Shown: positions 1 through 10,410, numbered from the stretch's first letter. The stretch: 32,000 nt of DNA from Candidatus Nitrosopumilus koreensis AR1 (GCF_000299365.1 NC_018655.1:1320001-1352000), one strand, 5' to 3'. Notes: generated by a model from the sequence alone, not told the origin. Numbers and translations are program-made.

Positions 1-960
1 GCAAAAAAAGCTGCAAAGCATTCAAAGATTCCAGCAGTTGGAAGAACACATGGACAACATGCAAGCATCATTTCATTTGGTTTGAAATTTGCAAATTGGG
101 CTGCAGAGATGGCAAAACATGTAGAGAGAATTGAAGAGATTAAGAAAAGAATTTTGATTTGTAAAACATTAGGTGTTGTTGGGACAGGTTCGTTAATGGG
201 TGCAAAATCACTTGAAGTACAACGAAGAGCTGCAAAACGATTAAAATTATTCCCAGCAGAAGTTACAACACAGGTAGTTCCTAGAGAAAGATATGCAGAA
301 TATGTGTTTGAGTTGGCTTTGATTGGCGCGACTTTAGAAAAAATTGCAATAGAAATTAGAAATCTGCAGAGAACTGAGATTGGAGAAGTTGCAGAACAAT
401 TCAAAAAAGGACAGATGGGAAGTAGTGCAGTCCCTGTTAAAAGAAATCCAATCAAGAGTGAACGTGTATCATCATTATCTAAATTAGTAAGAAGTCAGGT
501 TGCAGTATCTTTTGAAAACATTCCATTATGGCATGAACGTGATCTTTCAAATTCAGCAAACGAGAGATTTGTTATTCCTACAGTATCCATACTAGTAGAT
601 GAAATGTTAGAAACTATGACTAAAATTATTTCAAACTTGATGGTAAATGAAAAGAGAATTGTAGAAAATCTTTACATCACAAAGGGGCAGATATTTGCAG
701 AATTTGTTTTAGAGGCACTAATCAAAAAAGGCGTGCCAAGATTTGTAGCATACAGAGATGTACAAAGAGTAGCATTTGAAGCAAATGACAAAGGAATATT
801 CTACAAAGATGCAATCAAAAACGATAAAGCATTTTCATCAAAGCTAACTGAAAAGGAGATTGATGCCATATTTTCACCAGAGAAACATCTTGGAGCATCA
901 CCTGCAATTATTAGTAATGTACAAAAATCTGTTCAAAAAACAGTAAAAAAATTCATCTAG
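1..960 (+). CDS. purB: Adenylosuccinate lyase, C-terminal part (5' truncated by window)
   Basis: Frame is open from base 1 (AKKAAKHSKIPAVGRTHGQHASIISFG...), with fumarase/ASL signature GSSAVPVKRNPIKSE. Confidence 0.9.
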   Translation, partial: AKKAAKHSKIPAVGRTHGQHASIISFGLKFANWAAEMAKHVERIEEIKKRILICKTLGVVGTGSLMGAKSLEVQRRAAKRLKLFPAEVTTQVVPRERYAEYVFELALIGATLEKIAIEIRNLQRTEIGEVAEQFKKGQMGSSAVPVKRNPIKSERVSSLSKLVRSQVAVSFENIPLWHERDLSNSANERFVIPTVSILVDEMLETMTKIISNLMVNEKRIVENLYITKGQIFAEFVLEALIKKGVPRFVAYRDVQRVAFEANDKGIFYKDAIKNDKAFSSKLTEKEIDAIFSPEKHLGASPAIISNVQKSVQKTVKKFI

Positions 961-1708
961 TCTTTAGAAGGGATTTGTGAATTTTTGAACCATATTGTAG
1001 TGCTTTCTTTCTTTTAGTACAAGACAATTCAGGAACACCAATCACACTTGCCAATTTTCGTATGATGTGTTTTCTGTACAAATCTTCAGAGTCTAAAATT
1101 TTTTCAGAGATTGGAATAGTTTTTGCAAAGTCAATGAACTCAGGAGAAAGCAGTGGTTGCAGGATTTGTACATTAAATTCAGATGCAATAAGATTTACTG
1201 CCTTCATCATCTTTAATTCATTATCTAGTTTTGACGTCATTACTTCATTGATTTTTGATTCACCTCCTGAAAACGCTTCTCGATATGCATTATAGCCACA
1301 AAACAACTCGTCAATTCCGTTTGCAGTAACTACTGTTTCAAGGCCCAAACTTTTTGCAAGTTTTGATACATAATAAAACGCAATACAATTTTCGTTCCAT
1401 GAAAGATTATCAGTTTTTATTTTTTCATGAATAGTGGACGAAATAGATGGGAAAGTTTCTGAATCAATTTCTAATATATGATGAGGGTAATTCAATTGTT
1501 CATTGACCTGTTTTGCAAATAAGATGTCATGTGATTCAGAAAATCCAATAGTAAGCAAAGTAATATCATAGTTCATGTCTGAGCAAATTTTTGCAATTAG
1601 AGTACTATCAACACCTCCAGAAAAAGCAATTCCAATTTTGTTTTCTTTTACAGTTTGAGAAATTGAATTTTTGATTTTTTCAAATAACTCTTGGTATTTA
1701 GCGTCCAT
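953..1708 (-). CDS. Asparagine synthase-like (C-terminal PP-loop ATPase domain only)
   Basis: GIAFSGGVDSTLIAK PP-loop motif and DELFCGYNAYR motif; 251 aa without a glutaminase domain. Confidence 0.75.
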   Translation of the reverse strand: MDAKYQELFEKIKNSISQTVKENKIGIAFSGGVDSTLIAKICSDMNYDITLLTIGFSESHDILFAKQVNEQLNYPHHILEIDSETFPSISSTIHEKIKTDNLSWNENCIAFYYVSKLAKSLGLETVVTANGIDELFCGYNAYREAFSGGESKINEVMTSKLDNELKMMKAVNLIASEFNVQILQPLLSPEFIDFAKTIPISEKILDSEDLYRKHIIRKLASVIGVPELSCTKRKKALQYGSKIHKSLLKTR

Positions 1709-1780
1709 CTTTATTCTCTAAATTCTACAAAGGGTAATGAATCAAACTCTTTAACTATTATTTAGAATAACATACAATAG

Positions 1781-2059
1781 ATGATGAAACTATCACAAGA
1801 AGAAATTGATGACGAGTTGAAGAATTTGCCAGGATGGAGTGTGGTAAACGAGAAACTACACAGAGAAATTGAGTTTGATAGCTTCAATCAAGCATTTGGG
1901 TTTATGACTAGAGCCGCAATGGAGATTGAGAAGATGAATCACCACCCAGAGTGGTTTAACGTGTATAATAGAATAACAATAGACTTGATGACTCATGATG
2001 CAGGCGGCATCACAAAAAATGATATCAATCTGGCTCGAATCCTAAATTCTCTAGTTTGA
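1781..2059 (+). CDS. 4a-hydroxytetrahydrobiopterin dehydratase (PCD family)
   Basis: [27 protein letters not shown]...[29 protein letters not shown] is typical of the PCD/DCoH family. Confidence 0.9.
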   Translation: MMKLSQEEIDDELKNLPGWSVVNEKLHREIEFDSFNQAFGFMTRAAMEIEKMNHHPEWFNVYNRITIDLMTHDAGGITKNDINLARILNSLV

Positions 2060-2121
2060 GTATAATTCTAGGCACAAAATTTTCAGAATTTATATAATGA
2101 CTCTAGGGCAGATGATTTCAC

Positions 2122-2937
2122 ATGACAACAAGTCCCACAGTATTAGACTCTGATTTCAAGTATATTGATAAAAATGGAAATTTGCTGAGAACTCGAACAG
2201 AGCTAACAGTAGCGCAGATGCTTTCTTTTCTTGATGAAGAATACCACTACAATCACAAGATCACATTAAAAAATGGAAACGAGGTAACAGTTGATTTCAA
2301 AACTGCAAAAGGACTCATTGAGGTAATTGATAATGAGGAAGATATTGCAAAATACAAACAAATCAAAGAAGACTTTCCTGACCAAAAAATTATGGCAATT
2401 GGACATGGAAAATATGTTGCACAGATAAATGAATTACAAGATATCGTATTTTATGATAAAACACCTCAAACTGGTTCTATCTTTTTAGATGATGGATCAT
2501 TTGCATTTGATTATGCACACATACTTCCACTAGTTGAGAAATGCTCCATTTTACATGGACACACATCATCAGTAATGGTAGAACTAGTTGGACAGATGAA
2601 AGACAATTTACTTGTAGACTTTGGAGTTGCAAAAAGAATCGTTAAAGAAGTTTTAACCGCATTTGATCACAAATTTTTCATTAACAGAAAATATCTAAAA
2701 TCCGAAGACGACTCTCATTATGTAATTTCATTTGAGGGTCCTAAAGGAATGTTTGAATTGCAAGTTCCAAAGAATACAACTTATCTTTTAGAAGGAGAGG
2801 CAACTGTAGAGAATCTTTCAAGTGAACTTATCAAATTACTAGCACCAAAGATGCCAGCAAATGTTGAAGCAGTAGGTGTTTACATCTATGAGGGATACAA
2901 CAAAGGATCTCATATCATCTCAAATATTTCAAGATAA
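2122..2937 (+). CDS. 6-pyruvoyl-tetrahydropterin synthase / QueD-like protein with N-terminal extension
   Basis: C-x-HGHT (CSILHGHTSSVMVELVG), LVDFGVAKRIVKEVLTAFDHKFFIN, GVYIYEG motifs. Confidence 0.8.
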   Translation: MTTSPTVLDSDFKYIDKNGNLLRTRTELTVAQMLSFLDEEYHYNHKITLKNGNEVTVDFKTAKGLIEVIDNEEDIAKYKQIKEDFPDQKIMAIGHGKYVAQINELQDIVFYDKTPQTGSIFLDDGSFAFDYAHILPLVEKCSILHGHTSSVMVELVGQMKDNLLVDFGVAKRIVKEVLTAFDHKFFINRKYLKSEDDSHYVISFEGPKGMFELQVPKNTTYLLEGEATVENLSSELIKLLAPKMPANVEAVGVYIYEGYNKGSHIISNISR

Positions 2938-2944
2938 TTAAAAA

Positions 2945-5260
2945 ATGGACCCAAAAATTACTGAAAAGGCATGGAATCCAGAGTTAGAAGCACAGGTTCT
3001 AAAAAAATGGCAGGATTCAGACATTTACAAATTCACTCCCACTGATGATAACTACACCATAGATACACCACCTCCATACCCATCAGGCAGGCCTTGGCAC
3101 ATTGGAGCTGCTGCTCACTACTCCCAGATAGATATGATTGCAAGAACAGCACGAATGAATGGAAAAAATGTCTATTTTCCAATTGGTATTGACAGAAATG
3201 GATTACCTGTAGAGTTCTACACTGAGAAAAAACACAACATAAGAATGAGAGAAACAGAACGCGGCGAGTTCTTGGATTTGTGCAGAGAGGCACTTGATGA
3301 CTTGGAAGAAGAGATGGTACTGATTATGACAAATCTTGGTTTGAGTGGAGACTTGAAGAATCATTACAGAACAGATTCAGAAGAATATCGTGCATTAACA
3401 CAATCCACATTTATCACACTATGGAAAGAGGGAAAAATCGTTCTTGCTACTAGACCAAACAACTACGATTGGGTTTCAGGAACTACAATTGCAGATGCTG
3501 AAATTGCATACCAAGACTTGCAGACAAAGCTAGTCCACATGAAATTCAAGATAAAAGATACTGATAAAGAAATCATCATTGCAAGTACAAGGCCAGAACT
3601 ACTTTGTGCATGTCGTACCATTATAGTCAATCCAGAAGATGAAAGATATGCTCCATTTGTTGGTAGTAAGGTAATAGTTCCAATTACTGGTGCAGAAGTG
3701 GAAATCAAAACTCATCATTCAGCTCAGCAAGACTTTGGTTCAGGAGCTGTAATGGTTTGTAGTTATGGTGACCAAAACGATGTTGCGTTGTTTAGGGAAA
3801 TGGAACTAGAAGAGATTGTTGCAATTGGACTAGATGGAAGGATGACTGAAGCTGCAGGAGCATATGCAGGCCTTAAACCAAAACAAGCAAGAGAAAAAAT
3901 TATTGAAGATTTAGAATCAAATGGATTTGTAGAGAAAATTGAAGAGATTAATCACAGAACTCCAATTTCAGAAAGAAGCAAGATTCCAATTGAGATTATT
4001 CCAATGGAGGAATACTATCTCAAACAGAAAGATTCTGTTGAAAAAATGCGAAAATTAGGCTCAGAAATTACGTTTTACCCTTCTATGCACAAGCAAATTT
4101 TGATGAATTGGCTTGATTCAATTTCAATTGACTGGCCAATTTCAAGACGAAGATACTATGGAACAGAGATTCCTATCTGGTATTGCTCTAGTTGTAATGA
4201 GCCACATGTTCCTGAACCAGGAAAATATTATCAACCATGGAAGGAGAAGTGTCCAATTGAAAAATGTACAAAATGTGGAAATGGTGAATTTACTGGAGAA
4301 GATAGAACATTTGATACATGGATGGACTCTAGTGTTTCACCACTGTTTGTCTCAAAGTATCACAAGGATAAAGAATTCTTTGATAAAGTGTATCCAACAT
4401 CAATTAGGCCACAAGCAAAAGATATTGTAAGAACTTGGTTGTACTATACACTTTTGCGTTGTGATATGTTAACTGGCAAAAAACCATGGACTGAAGCTTG
4501 GATTATGGGTTATGGTCTTGATGAAAAAGGGATGAAGATGAGCAAAAGCAAGGGAAATGCAATTGATCCACTTCCAGTAATTGAAAAGTTTGGTGCTGAC
4601 ACTTTTAGATTCTGGAGTGCTAGTGAAATTAATCACGGTTATGACTTTAGATGCAATGAACAAAAAATAGAATCAACAAAGAAATTTTTGAGCAAGCTAT
4701 GGAATGTCTCCAGATTCTTGTCTAGCTTTCCTGTAATCAAAGATGCAAAACCTACAACTGTTGACAAGTGGATTTTATCAGAACTAAACAACTTGATTAA
4801 GGATTGTAAGAAAGGATATGACCAATACAATTTCTTTGTTCCAGCAATTGCAATTAGAGAATTCACATGGAATCTTTTTGCAGCTCACTACATTGAGATG
4901 GTCAAAAAACGTGCCTACGGGGAAGGATTTTCAGAAGAAGAAAGAGATGCTGCAATTTACACCCTACACAAGACACTCTCAACAATTCTAAAACTATTAG
5001 CACCAATCACTCCATTTATCACAGAACATCTCTGGCAGACACTATACTCTGAGACTAGCATCCACACAGAAAGACAAGTGGAAGCAGAAGAAGTAGAGGA
5101 CTATTCCAAAATAACAGAAGAGGTTGTTCAGTTCAACTCTAAGGTCTGGAATGAGAAAAAGGCAAAGGAGTTGTCATTGCGTGACTCTATTGCAACTGAG
5201 ATTCCTGAGAGTTTGTCAGAATTTAAGAAAGATTTGCAGTCAATGCATAATTTAGAATAA
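2945..5260 (+). CDS. valS: Valine--tRNA ligase, archaeal type
   Basis: Class Ia synthetase: PPPYPSGRPWHIG (HIGH-like), GMKMSKSKGN (KMSKS), DTWMDSSVSPLF, editing domain ASTRPELLCACRTIIVNPEDERY; isoleucyl specificity is less likely. Confidence 0.82.
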   Translation: MDPKITEKAWNPELEAQVLKKWQDSDIYKFTPTDDNYTIDTPPPYPSGRPWHIGAAAHYSQIDMIARTARMNGKNVYFPIGIDRNGLPVEFYTEKKHNIRMRETERGEFLDLCREALDDLEEEMVLIMTNLGLSGDLKNHYRTDSEEYRALTQSTFITLWKEGKIVLATRPNNYDWVSGTTIADAEIAYQDLQTKLVHMKFKIKDTDKEIIIASTRPELLCACRTIIVNPEDERYAPFVGSKVIVPITGAEVEIKTHHSAQQDFGSGAVMVCSYGDQNDVALFREMELEEIVAIGLDGRMTEAAGAYAGLKPKQAREKIIEDLESNGFVEKIEEINHRTPISERSKIPIEIIPMEEYYLKQKDSVEKMRKLGSEITFYPSMHKQILMNWLDSISIDWPISRRRYYGTEIPIWYCSSCNEPHVPEPGKYYQPWKEKCPIEKCTKCGNGEFTGEDRTFDTWMDSSVSPLFVSKYHKDKEFFDKVYPTSIRPQAKDIVRTWLYYTLLRCDMLTGKKPWTEAWIMGYGLDEKGMKMSKSKGNAIDPLPVIEKFGADTFRFWSASEINHGYDFRCNEQKIESTKKFLSKLWNVSRFLSSFPVIKDAKPTTVDKWILSELNNLIKDCKKGYDQYNFFVPAIAIREFTWNLFAAHYIEMVKKRAYGEGFSEEERDAAIYTLHKTLSTILKLLAPITPFITEHLWQTLYSETSIHTERQVEAEEVEDYSKITEEVVQFNSKVWNEKKAKELSLRDSIATEIPESLSEFKKDLQSMHNLE

Positions 5261-5262
5261 AA
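5210..5262. repeat. Direct repeat copy A (53 bp), contains the 3' end and stop of valS
   Basis: Exact match to 5812-5864: agtttgtcagaatttaagaaagatttgcagtcaatgcataatttagaataaaa. Confidence 0.95.
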
Positions 5263-5273
5263 TCTTTAGAAGA

Positions 5274-5768
5274 TTAAACTGTAATTGCTTTGAATTCATT
5301 GAGTTTTCTTATTCCTTCAAATTCTATATCAAATTTAGCTTTTTCTTTGAATGAAAAATCTAATTTTATAACATCAGATAGAAGCTTTATTCCCTCTTGA
5401 ATTTTTCCAGATTTGATAAAAGATGATGCTTTGTTGTAAAGCGTAGTTGGGTTGTTAGGTTTTTCTTTTAGAACTTTATCATAACAATCTATAGCAATAT
5501 CACATTGTCCCAGATAATGGTGAGCCAATCCTTTGTTAAGTAACGCCAAGAGATTTTTTTCTTGTAAAAGAACATTATCGTATTGGATAATTGCTTGCTC
5601 GTATCTGGCAAGCTGTCCTAAGATATGCCCTTTTTTTAGCAAGGCTTGGATATGGTTTGGATCTTGTGCAAGGACTTTATCATAAATTATCAGTGCATCT
5701 TTTGGATTACCTAGATTCATCAATGTCTGACCATTTTTTATCAGAGATTCAATTGTATCAGACATCAA
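5274..5768 (-). CDS. Tetratricopeptide (TPR) repeat protein
   Basis: Repeats such as GNPKDALIIYDKVLAQDPNHIQALLKKGHILGQLARYEQAIIQYDNVL. Confidence 0.85.
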   Translation of the reverse strand: MMSDTIESLIKNGQTLMNLGNPKDALIIYDKVLAQDPNHIQALLKKGHILGQLARYEQAIIQYDNVLLQEKNLLALLNKGLAHHYLGQCDIAIDCYDKVLKEKPNNPTTLYNKASSFIKSGKIQEGIKLLSDVIKLDFSFKEKAKFDIEFEGIRKLNEFKAITV

Positions 5769-5811
5769 GTAATGGTTTGATTTTATTTTCTATAAATTCT
5801 TCTGATACTCT

Positions 5812-5864
5812 AGTTTGTCAGAATTTAAGAAAGATTTGCAGTCAATGCATAATTTAGAATAAAA
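5812..5864. repeat. Direct repeat copy B (53 bp), vestigial valS 3' end
   Basis: Exact match to 5210-5262, offset 602. Confidence 0.95.
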
Positions 5865-5929
5865 CATGTGCATTACGATCAATGTTACAAATTGAATCCA
5901 TAGAGTATTGCTCAGACATTCTTTTCTTC

Positions 5930-6526
5930 TTAACTTGAGGTAAATGATTTGAACACCATTTTGTTTTTGGCACCAATTACAATTACACTTGTGATTGAAA
6001 CAACTAGGATCATCATTGCAATTGTCCCAAATTCAGGAACTATGTTAACGTCAATAGATTCTCCATTAGATATAATCATGGAACTACTTCCAACATGGTG
6101 TAATGTGATAGTAATACTCACATTATCATTACTAGGTAATGCTTGTGTAAGATGGTTACGAATACCCATTTGTTGATTTATCATTGTTTCGTACAAAATG
6201 ACTTCATTATTTTGAGATGCTAAAATATCATAGTTTACATCGACTAATTCTTTTCCATTCTTATCAGTAAACCTTACATTAATTGTCATGTGTTCACGCT
6301 CTACAGGTTCTGAAGCTGTAACAAATATCCAAACAGACCCATCTTCAGAAACAGTCTGAGTTTCTATCATAGAGCCAAGATGATTTGCACCAATACTCAA
6401 TTCAGCTTTTGAACTAACTGTCTCTTCTGCAAATGCAAATGTGTGAAAATTTGCAACAGCAAATATTGTTACAAGTAATATTGAAAAGCATAAAATTTTT
6501 TGTCCTGGATTCTTTTTTGTTGCCAT
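5930..6526 (-). CDS. Secreted/surface protein with PEFG-CTERM-like sorting signal
   Basis: N-terminal signal peptide; C-terminal PEFGTIAMMILVVSITSVIVIGAKNK (PEFG + TM + basic tail). Confidence 0.8.
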   Translation of the reverse strand: MATKKNPGQKILCFSILLVTIFAVANFHTFAFAEETVSSKAELSIGANHLGSMIETQTVSEDGSVWIFVTASEPVEREHMTINVRFTDKNGKELVDVNYDILASQNNEVILYETMINQQMGIRNHLTQALPSNDNVSITITLHHVGSSSMIISNGESIDVNIVPEFGTIAMMILVVSITSVIVIGAKNKMVFKSFTSS

Positions 6527-6731
6527 GTATAGTATGTGAATTCGGGAATATTAACAAACGCTGACTTTTCTGTTACTTTTATCGACAAATTTGTCAGAAT
6601 TATGAACCGTTTGTCAAGGAATTGCATTTGAAATTGTTGAGATTTTGTGCCTAACAATATTCTAATTCATACTAATTGATTCTTGTTTGAAAAATGATCC
6701 AGTACTTAAGTAAGAAAGACGTAGTAATAAC

Positions 6732-6857
6732 CTGATAACAACTGATAATCTAAGATCTTGTGATAATTGTGGAAATGTATTCTTGAAAAAATTAGGAGAA
6801 AAAATCACAAATAGATGTCCTGCATGCAATGTGTGGAAAAAGGAAATACTCAGTTAA
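6732..6857 (+). CDS. Possible small zinc-ribbon ORF without a standard start codon
   Basis: In-frame ...SCDNCGNVFLKKLGEKITNRCPACNVWKKEILS*; two CxxC knuckles; no ATG/GTG/TTG found in frame. Confidence 0.35.
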   Translation: MITTDNLRSCDNCGNVFLKKLGEKITNRCPACNVWKKEILS

Positions 6858-6983
6858 TGAATTTCAAAGTTTTCAAAAATATTAAAAAAATCTTACATGT
6901 TCTATACGCGTATCTTACTATTAAGGAGCCCTTTACATTAAGATACAAGAGCAGGTTATTACAGTGAAAGTGTAATTAACATC

Positions 6984-7082
6984 ATGAATACTGCTCCATC
7001 ATACGGACAAAAAAGATGTTCTGACTGCAAAACAAACAGATGTCAAAATGGTTGTAATTGTGATTGTCATTGGGAGCCATAA
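6984..7082 (+). CDS. 32-aa Cys-rich microprotein
   Basis: ATG ORF MNTAPSYGQKRCSDCKTNRCQNGCNCDCHWEP*, 6 Cys; below the ORF-track size limit. Confidence 0.5.
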   Translation: MNTAPSYGQKRCSDCKTNRCQNGCNCDCHWEP

Positions 7083-7088
7083 ACAATT

Positions 7089-7220
7089 TTGACACACGGT
7101 ATTTTTACTCAAGAAACATGTACTCATGATGCCAAAGTCAGGATGGCAGGACTCAAGGACATGTATGAATGCACTAATTGCCATAAATTCATCCCTATTG
7201 TTGAATCAAAAGTACTCTGA
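7089..7220 (+). CDS. 43-aa putative zinc-binding protein
   Basis: TTG-start ORF ...GIFTQETCTHDAKVRMAGLKDMYECTNCHKFIPIVESKVL*. Confidence 0.45.
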   Translation: MTHGIFTQETCTHDAKVRMAGLKDMYECTNCHKFIPIVESKVL

Positions 7221-7276
7221 TCTTTTGTTTTGTTTAGAGAAAAAAAGAGGATTGTTAATCCTCAGATTATAAAGAA

Positions 7277-7339
7277 CTATTTCTTTTTTGAAGCTTTTTT
7301 AGTTGTTGTTTTAGCTGCTGCTTTTTTCTTGGCTGCCAT
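7277..7339 (-). CDS. 20-aa Lys/Ala/Thr-rich basic microprotein
   Basis: ATG ORF MAAKKKAAAKTTTKKASKKK*. Confidence 0.45.
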   Translation of the reverse strand: MAAKKKAAAKTTTKKASKKK

Positions 7340-7432
7340 GAAAGGTCATTAGTTTACTAGGATTTCTATAGGTGAAATTAAAAAAAGTACACAAAACAAG
7401 TACTATTGGAAGTACAATTTAGGAAGTACAAT

Positions 7433-8113
7433 TTAGGATTCACAACCTATCCCATCTTTGTCTGCATCAAGTCTATGTGGATCAGGTTGTAACACTGTGA
7501 ACCTCTTTTGGGATATATCTCCACAATCCAAATCAGGTGAAGAGGAAGGTATACAGAAATCAGGATACGATGGATCACAGTTTGTAGTTTGTTGGGTGGT
7601 TGGTTCATTTTCAAAAGTACCACATCCATGTTTTAGTGCCCATGGTTGAGTAGAAAATTCGCTTTGATCACAAAATGCTGAATAAAGGTCTCCAAGACCT
7701 GAATCAAGTACCTCTTGGTTTAGATTCATACCATTACAATGAATCACTCCCAAAATTCTACCGTATTTGTCTTGAAGCTGGTTATCATCTTGGTCAACTA
7801 CAACTGCAGAACCAACTGGACAAAGCTCTTCAACAAAGCTGCTAGCTTGCCCACCATCATATTTTAATTCAGGAGCATCAACTAATGCAAATCGGATAGA
7901 TTGCCCATCCACTTTGATTGTATCCCCGTCAATTACTGAAGTTACAATTCCAGAAATGCATCTAGCAGTACCCAAACATTGAGATGAAACGTCAGGTTTG
8001 GTAGAAATATCTTGAGAGTACGTCTCTTTATTTTCAGAGTTTGGATTCGATAATGCAAAAACTCCAAGTGCAATAACTGCAATTCCAATTACTAGAGGTA
8101 TTGCTTTGTTCAC
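7433..8113 (-). CDS. Exported SNase-like (thermonuclease) protein with C-terminal Excalibur motif
   Basis: TSVIDGDTIKVDGQSIRFALVDAPE...; terminal DADKDGIGCES Excalibur motif; N-terminal TM/signal. Confidence 0.85.
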   Translation of the reverse strand: MNKAIPLVIGIAVIALGVFALSNPNSENKETYSQDISTKPDVSSQCLGTARCISGIVTSVIDGDTIKVDGQSIRFALVDAPELKYDGGQASSFVEELCPVGSAVVVDQDDNQLQDKYGRILGVIHCNGMNLNQEVLDSGLGDLYSAFCDQSEFSTQPWALKHGCGTFENEPTTQQTTNCDPSYPDFCIPSSSPDLDCGDISQKRFTVLQPDPHRLDADKDGIGCES

Positions 8114-8172
8114 GACATGTTTAGAATTAAAGTTTATTTAGATAAATCTATAGAAATTGAATTTTTTTGGGA

Positions 8173-8790
8173 TTAATTTTTTGAATCTTTGACTAGATTT
8201 ACAAAATACTTGTGAACTGCCAAATCGTCAGTCAATTCAGGATGAAAAGAGGTTCCAATTATGTTGCCTTTTTTGATTGCAACAATTTTTTCATTGAATT
8301 TTGCAAGTACTTCAATATCGCCAGATGTAGACGAGATTGCAGGTGCACGAATAAAGACTCCGTTGTAACTTGGAATTCCAATAGAATCCATTGAAATGTT
8401 TGCTTCAAATGATTCTCGTTGTCTGCCAAAAGAGTTTCTTTCAAGTTCAATATCTAGAAAATCAAATAATGGTTGCTCTGTTTTTCCTACAACTCTATCA
8501 CTAGCATTGTTTGCCAATAGTATCATTCCTGCACATATTCCTAAAACAGGCATTCCAGATTCTACTTTTTGTTTGATTACTTTTTGAGAGCCATTTACTA
8601 GAGATAATTGTCCAATGGTAGTACTTTCACCACCAGGAATAACTAGTCCATCCATTTGAGATATTTCGTCAGGAGTTTTTACAACATGAACGGTTGCATC
8701 TTGGTTTAGGTCAGCAATTGATGCCACCAAAGAAGATACATTTTCAGCAACATCACCTTGTATTGCTAGAATACCAATTTTGGCACTCAT
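8173..8790 (-). CDS. pdxT: Pyridoxal 5'-phosphate synthase glutaminase subunit
   Basis: [44 protein letters not shown]. Confidence 0.95.
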   Translation of the reverse strand: MSAKIGILAIQGDVAENVSSLVASIADLNQDATVHVVKTPDEISQMDGLVIPGGESTTIGQLSLVNGSQKVIKQKVESGMPVLGICAGMILLANNASDRVVGKTEQPLFDFLDIELERNSFGRQRESFEANISMDSIGIPSYNGVFIRAPAISSTSGDIEVLAKFNEKIVAIKKGNIIGTSFHPELTDDLAVHKYFVNLVKDSKN

Positions 8791-9755
8791 GCAGAACCGC
8801 CTCTATCTTGCATACGTAATTCTAGTGTTTTAACATCTAATCCAAGCATTGATTGTCTTTCATCAATCATTTTTTGTGCTTCTTTGACTTTGTCAGTCTC
8901 ATTCCAGAAAGTAGTTGCCAAGACAATTGCTCTTGCACGCTCTTTTGCATCATTGGCATTAAAAATTCCAGAACCAACAAAGATTCCATCACATCCCAAT
9001 GACATTAGGTATGCTGCATCAGCTGGTGTTGCAATTCCACCGGCAGCAAAGTTCACAACAGGTAATCTGCCAAGTTTTGCTGTTTGCTCAATAATATCAT
9101 AAGACACTTTGAACTCTCTTGCCATTCTAACCAAGTCTTGGTTGTCTCCAGAATCATAAATTGATTTTATTGTTCTTAATTCATCATTTACTTTTTTAAT
9201 ATGAGTAATAGCTTCTGCAACATTTCCTGTTCCAGGTTCTCCTTTTGTTCTAATCATAGCTGCACCTTCTTCAATTCTTCTCAAAGCTTCTGCCAAAGAT
9301 CGTGCACCGTTTACAACAGGAGTTGTGAGATCCCATTTCCAAATGTGACGAAGTTCATCAGCTGGAGTTAACACTTCTGATTCATCAATCATATCAACAT
9401 CAGTTTCTTGCAAAACAAGTGCTTCATTGACATGACCAATTCTGCATTTTGCCATTACAGGAATTGTAACTGAATCCATAATATCTTCAATAATTCTAAT
9501 ACTTGCAGTTCTTGCAACGCCTCCTGCTTTTCTAACATCAGAAGGAAGTTTGTCTAGAACCATCACAGATACTGCGCCTGCTTCTTCTGCAATCTGAGCT
9601 TGCTCAACAGTTGTGACATCCATTACAACTCCGTTCTTTAGCATGTGGGCAAATCCACGTTTTAGAGTTGATGAACCACGAATAATATCAGCAGAGTCTG
9701 ATTTATCAGAAATTATACCCTTTGCGTCTTTGCGTTCTCCAGATAGTGGAAGCAT
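8787..9755 (-). CDS. pdxS: Pyridoxal 5'-phosphate synthase lyase subunit
   Basis: [57 protein letters not shown]; overlaps pdxT by 4 nt. Confidence 0.97.
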   Translation of the reverse strand: MLPLSGERKDAKGIISDKSDSADIIRGSSTLKRGFAHMLKNGVVMDVTTVEQAQIAEEAGAVSVMVLDKLPSDVRKAGGVARTASIRIIEDIMDSVTIPVMAKCRIGHVNEALVLQETDVDMIDESEVLTPADELRHIWKWDLTTPVVNGARSLAEALRRIEEGAAMIRTKGEPGTGNVAEAITHIKKVNDELRTIKSIYDSGDNQDLVRMAREFKVSYDIIEQTAKLGRLPVVNFAAGGIATPADAAYLMSLGCDGIFVGSGIFNANDAKERARAIVLATTFWNETDKVKEAQKMIDERQSMLGLDVKTLELRMQDRGGSA

Positions 9756-9786
9756 AGTATAATTTTGCCCAAATGGCTATTTGTAC

Positions 9787-10320
9787 CTATTCACTAATTT
9801 CAGAAATTATCCGGTCTAGTTCTGATTCAACCATGGTAACTATTGGGGGAATAAAACCATCAGTTGCGTTTTGCTCTGGCCAATGAATTTGGTTTACGCG
9901 TCCGTTTAGAGTCACCTTGACATTAGACTTTTGGTATTCAGTCACGTTTTCAAGAATTGGAAAAGACTCAGACGGAATTGCCATGAATCCTGTCTCCTTG
10001 ATTAGTGCCTTGATTTTGTTTAGTTTTTTTTCATCAAGACTAGAACGAATGTCAGGTTGAAGATATCCTTGCTCTGTCACTGAATACTTTATCTCGCCGT
10101 CATTTTTTATAACAAGAATCTCAGTCTTTTGTGCACCAGTTCTCTCAGTTACTCCATAATCAATTGTCTTTAGTTGATGTTTTGTGTATTCGATTTCAAT
10201 TCTATCAAAAGAGTTAGCTGCTGAAATTGGAATTTCGTTTTTTGTTAGTAATGGAACGGAAATCAGTAATGCAACAATTACTGGAATTGCACCTAATGCT
10301 AAGAGAATGGGTTTTACCAT
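9787..10320 (-). CDS. Hypothetical membrane-anchored protein
   Basis: 177-aa ORF with one N-terminal TM segment. Confidence 0.6.
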   Translation of the reverse strand: MVKPILLALGAIPVIVALLISVPLLTKNEIPISAANSFDRIEIEYTKHQLKTIDYGVTERTGAQKTEILVIKNDGEIKYSVTEQGYLQPDIRSSLDEKKLNKIKALIKETGFMAIPSESFPILENVTEYQKSNVKVTLNGRVNQIHWPEQNATDGFIPPIVTMVESELDRIISEISE

Positions 10321-10410
10321 AATTTGTCGACTGTAACAAATGAAAAATTATTGCAAATAAATCTTGGTTAAAAGTAACTTAAAATTCAAGTCCGATTCAT
10401 TCTTGATTGT

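Noticed and set aside
3033-3293. Antisense ORFs within valS (3033-3293, 3463-3708, 4469-4866) and the overlapping 4113-4430 ORF
   Set aside because: Contained inside the well-supported valS gene.
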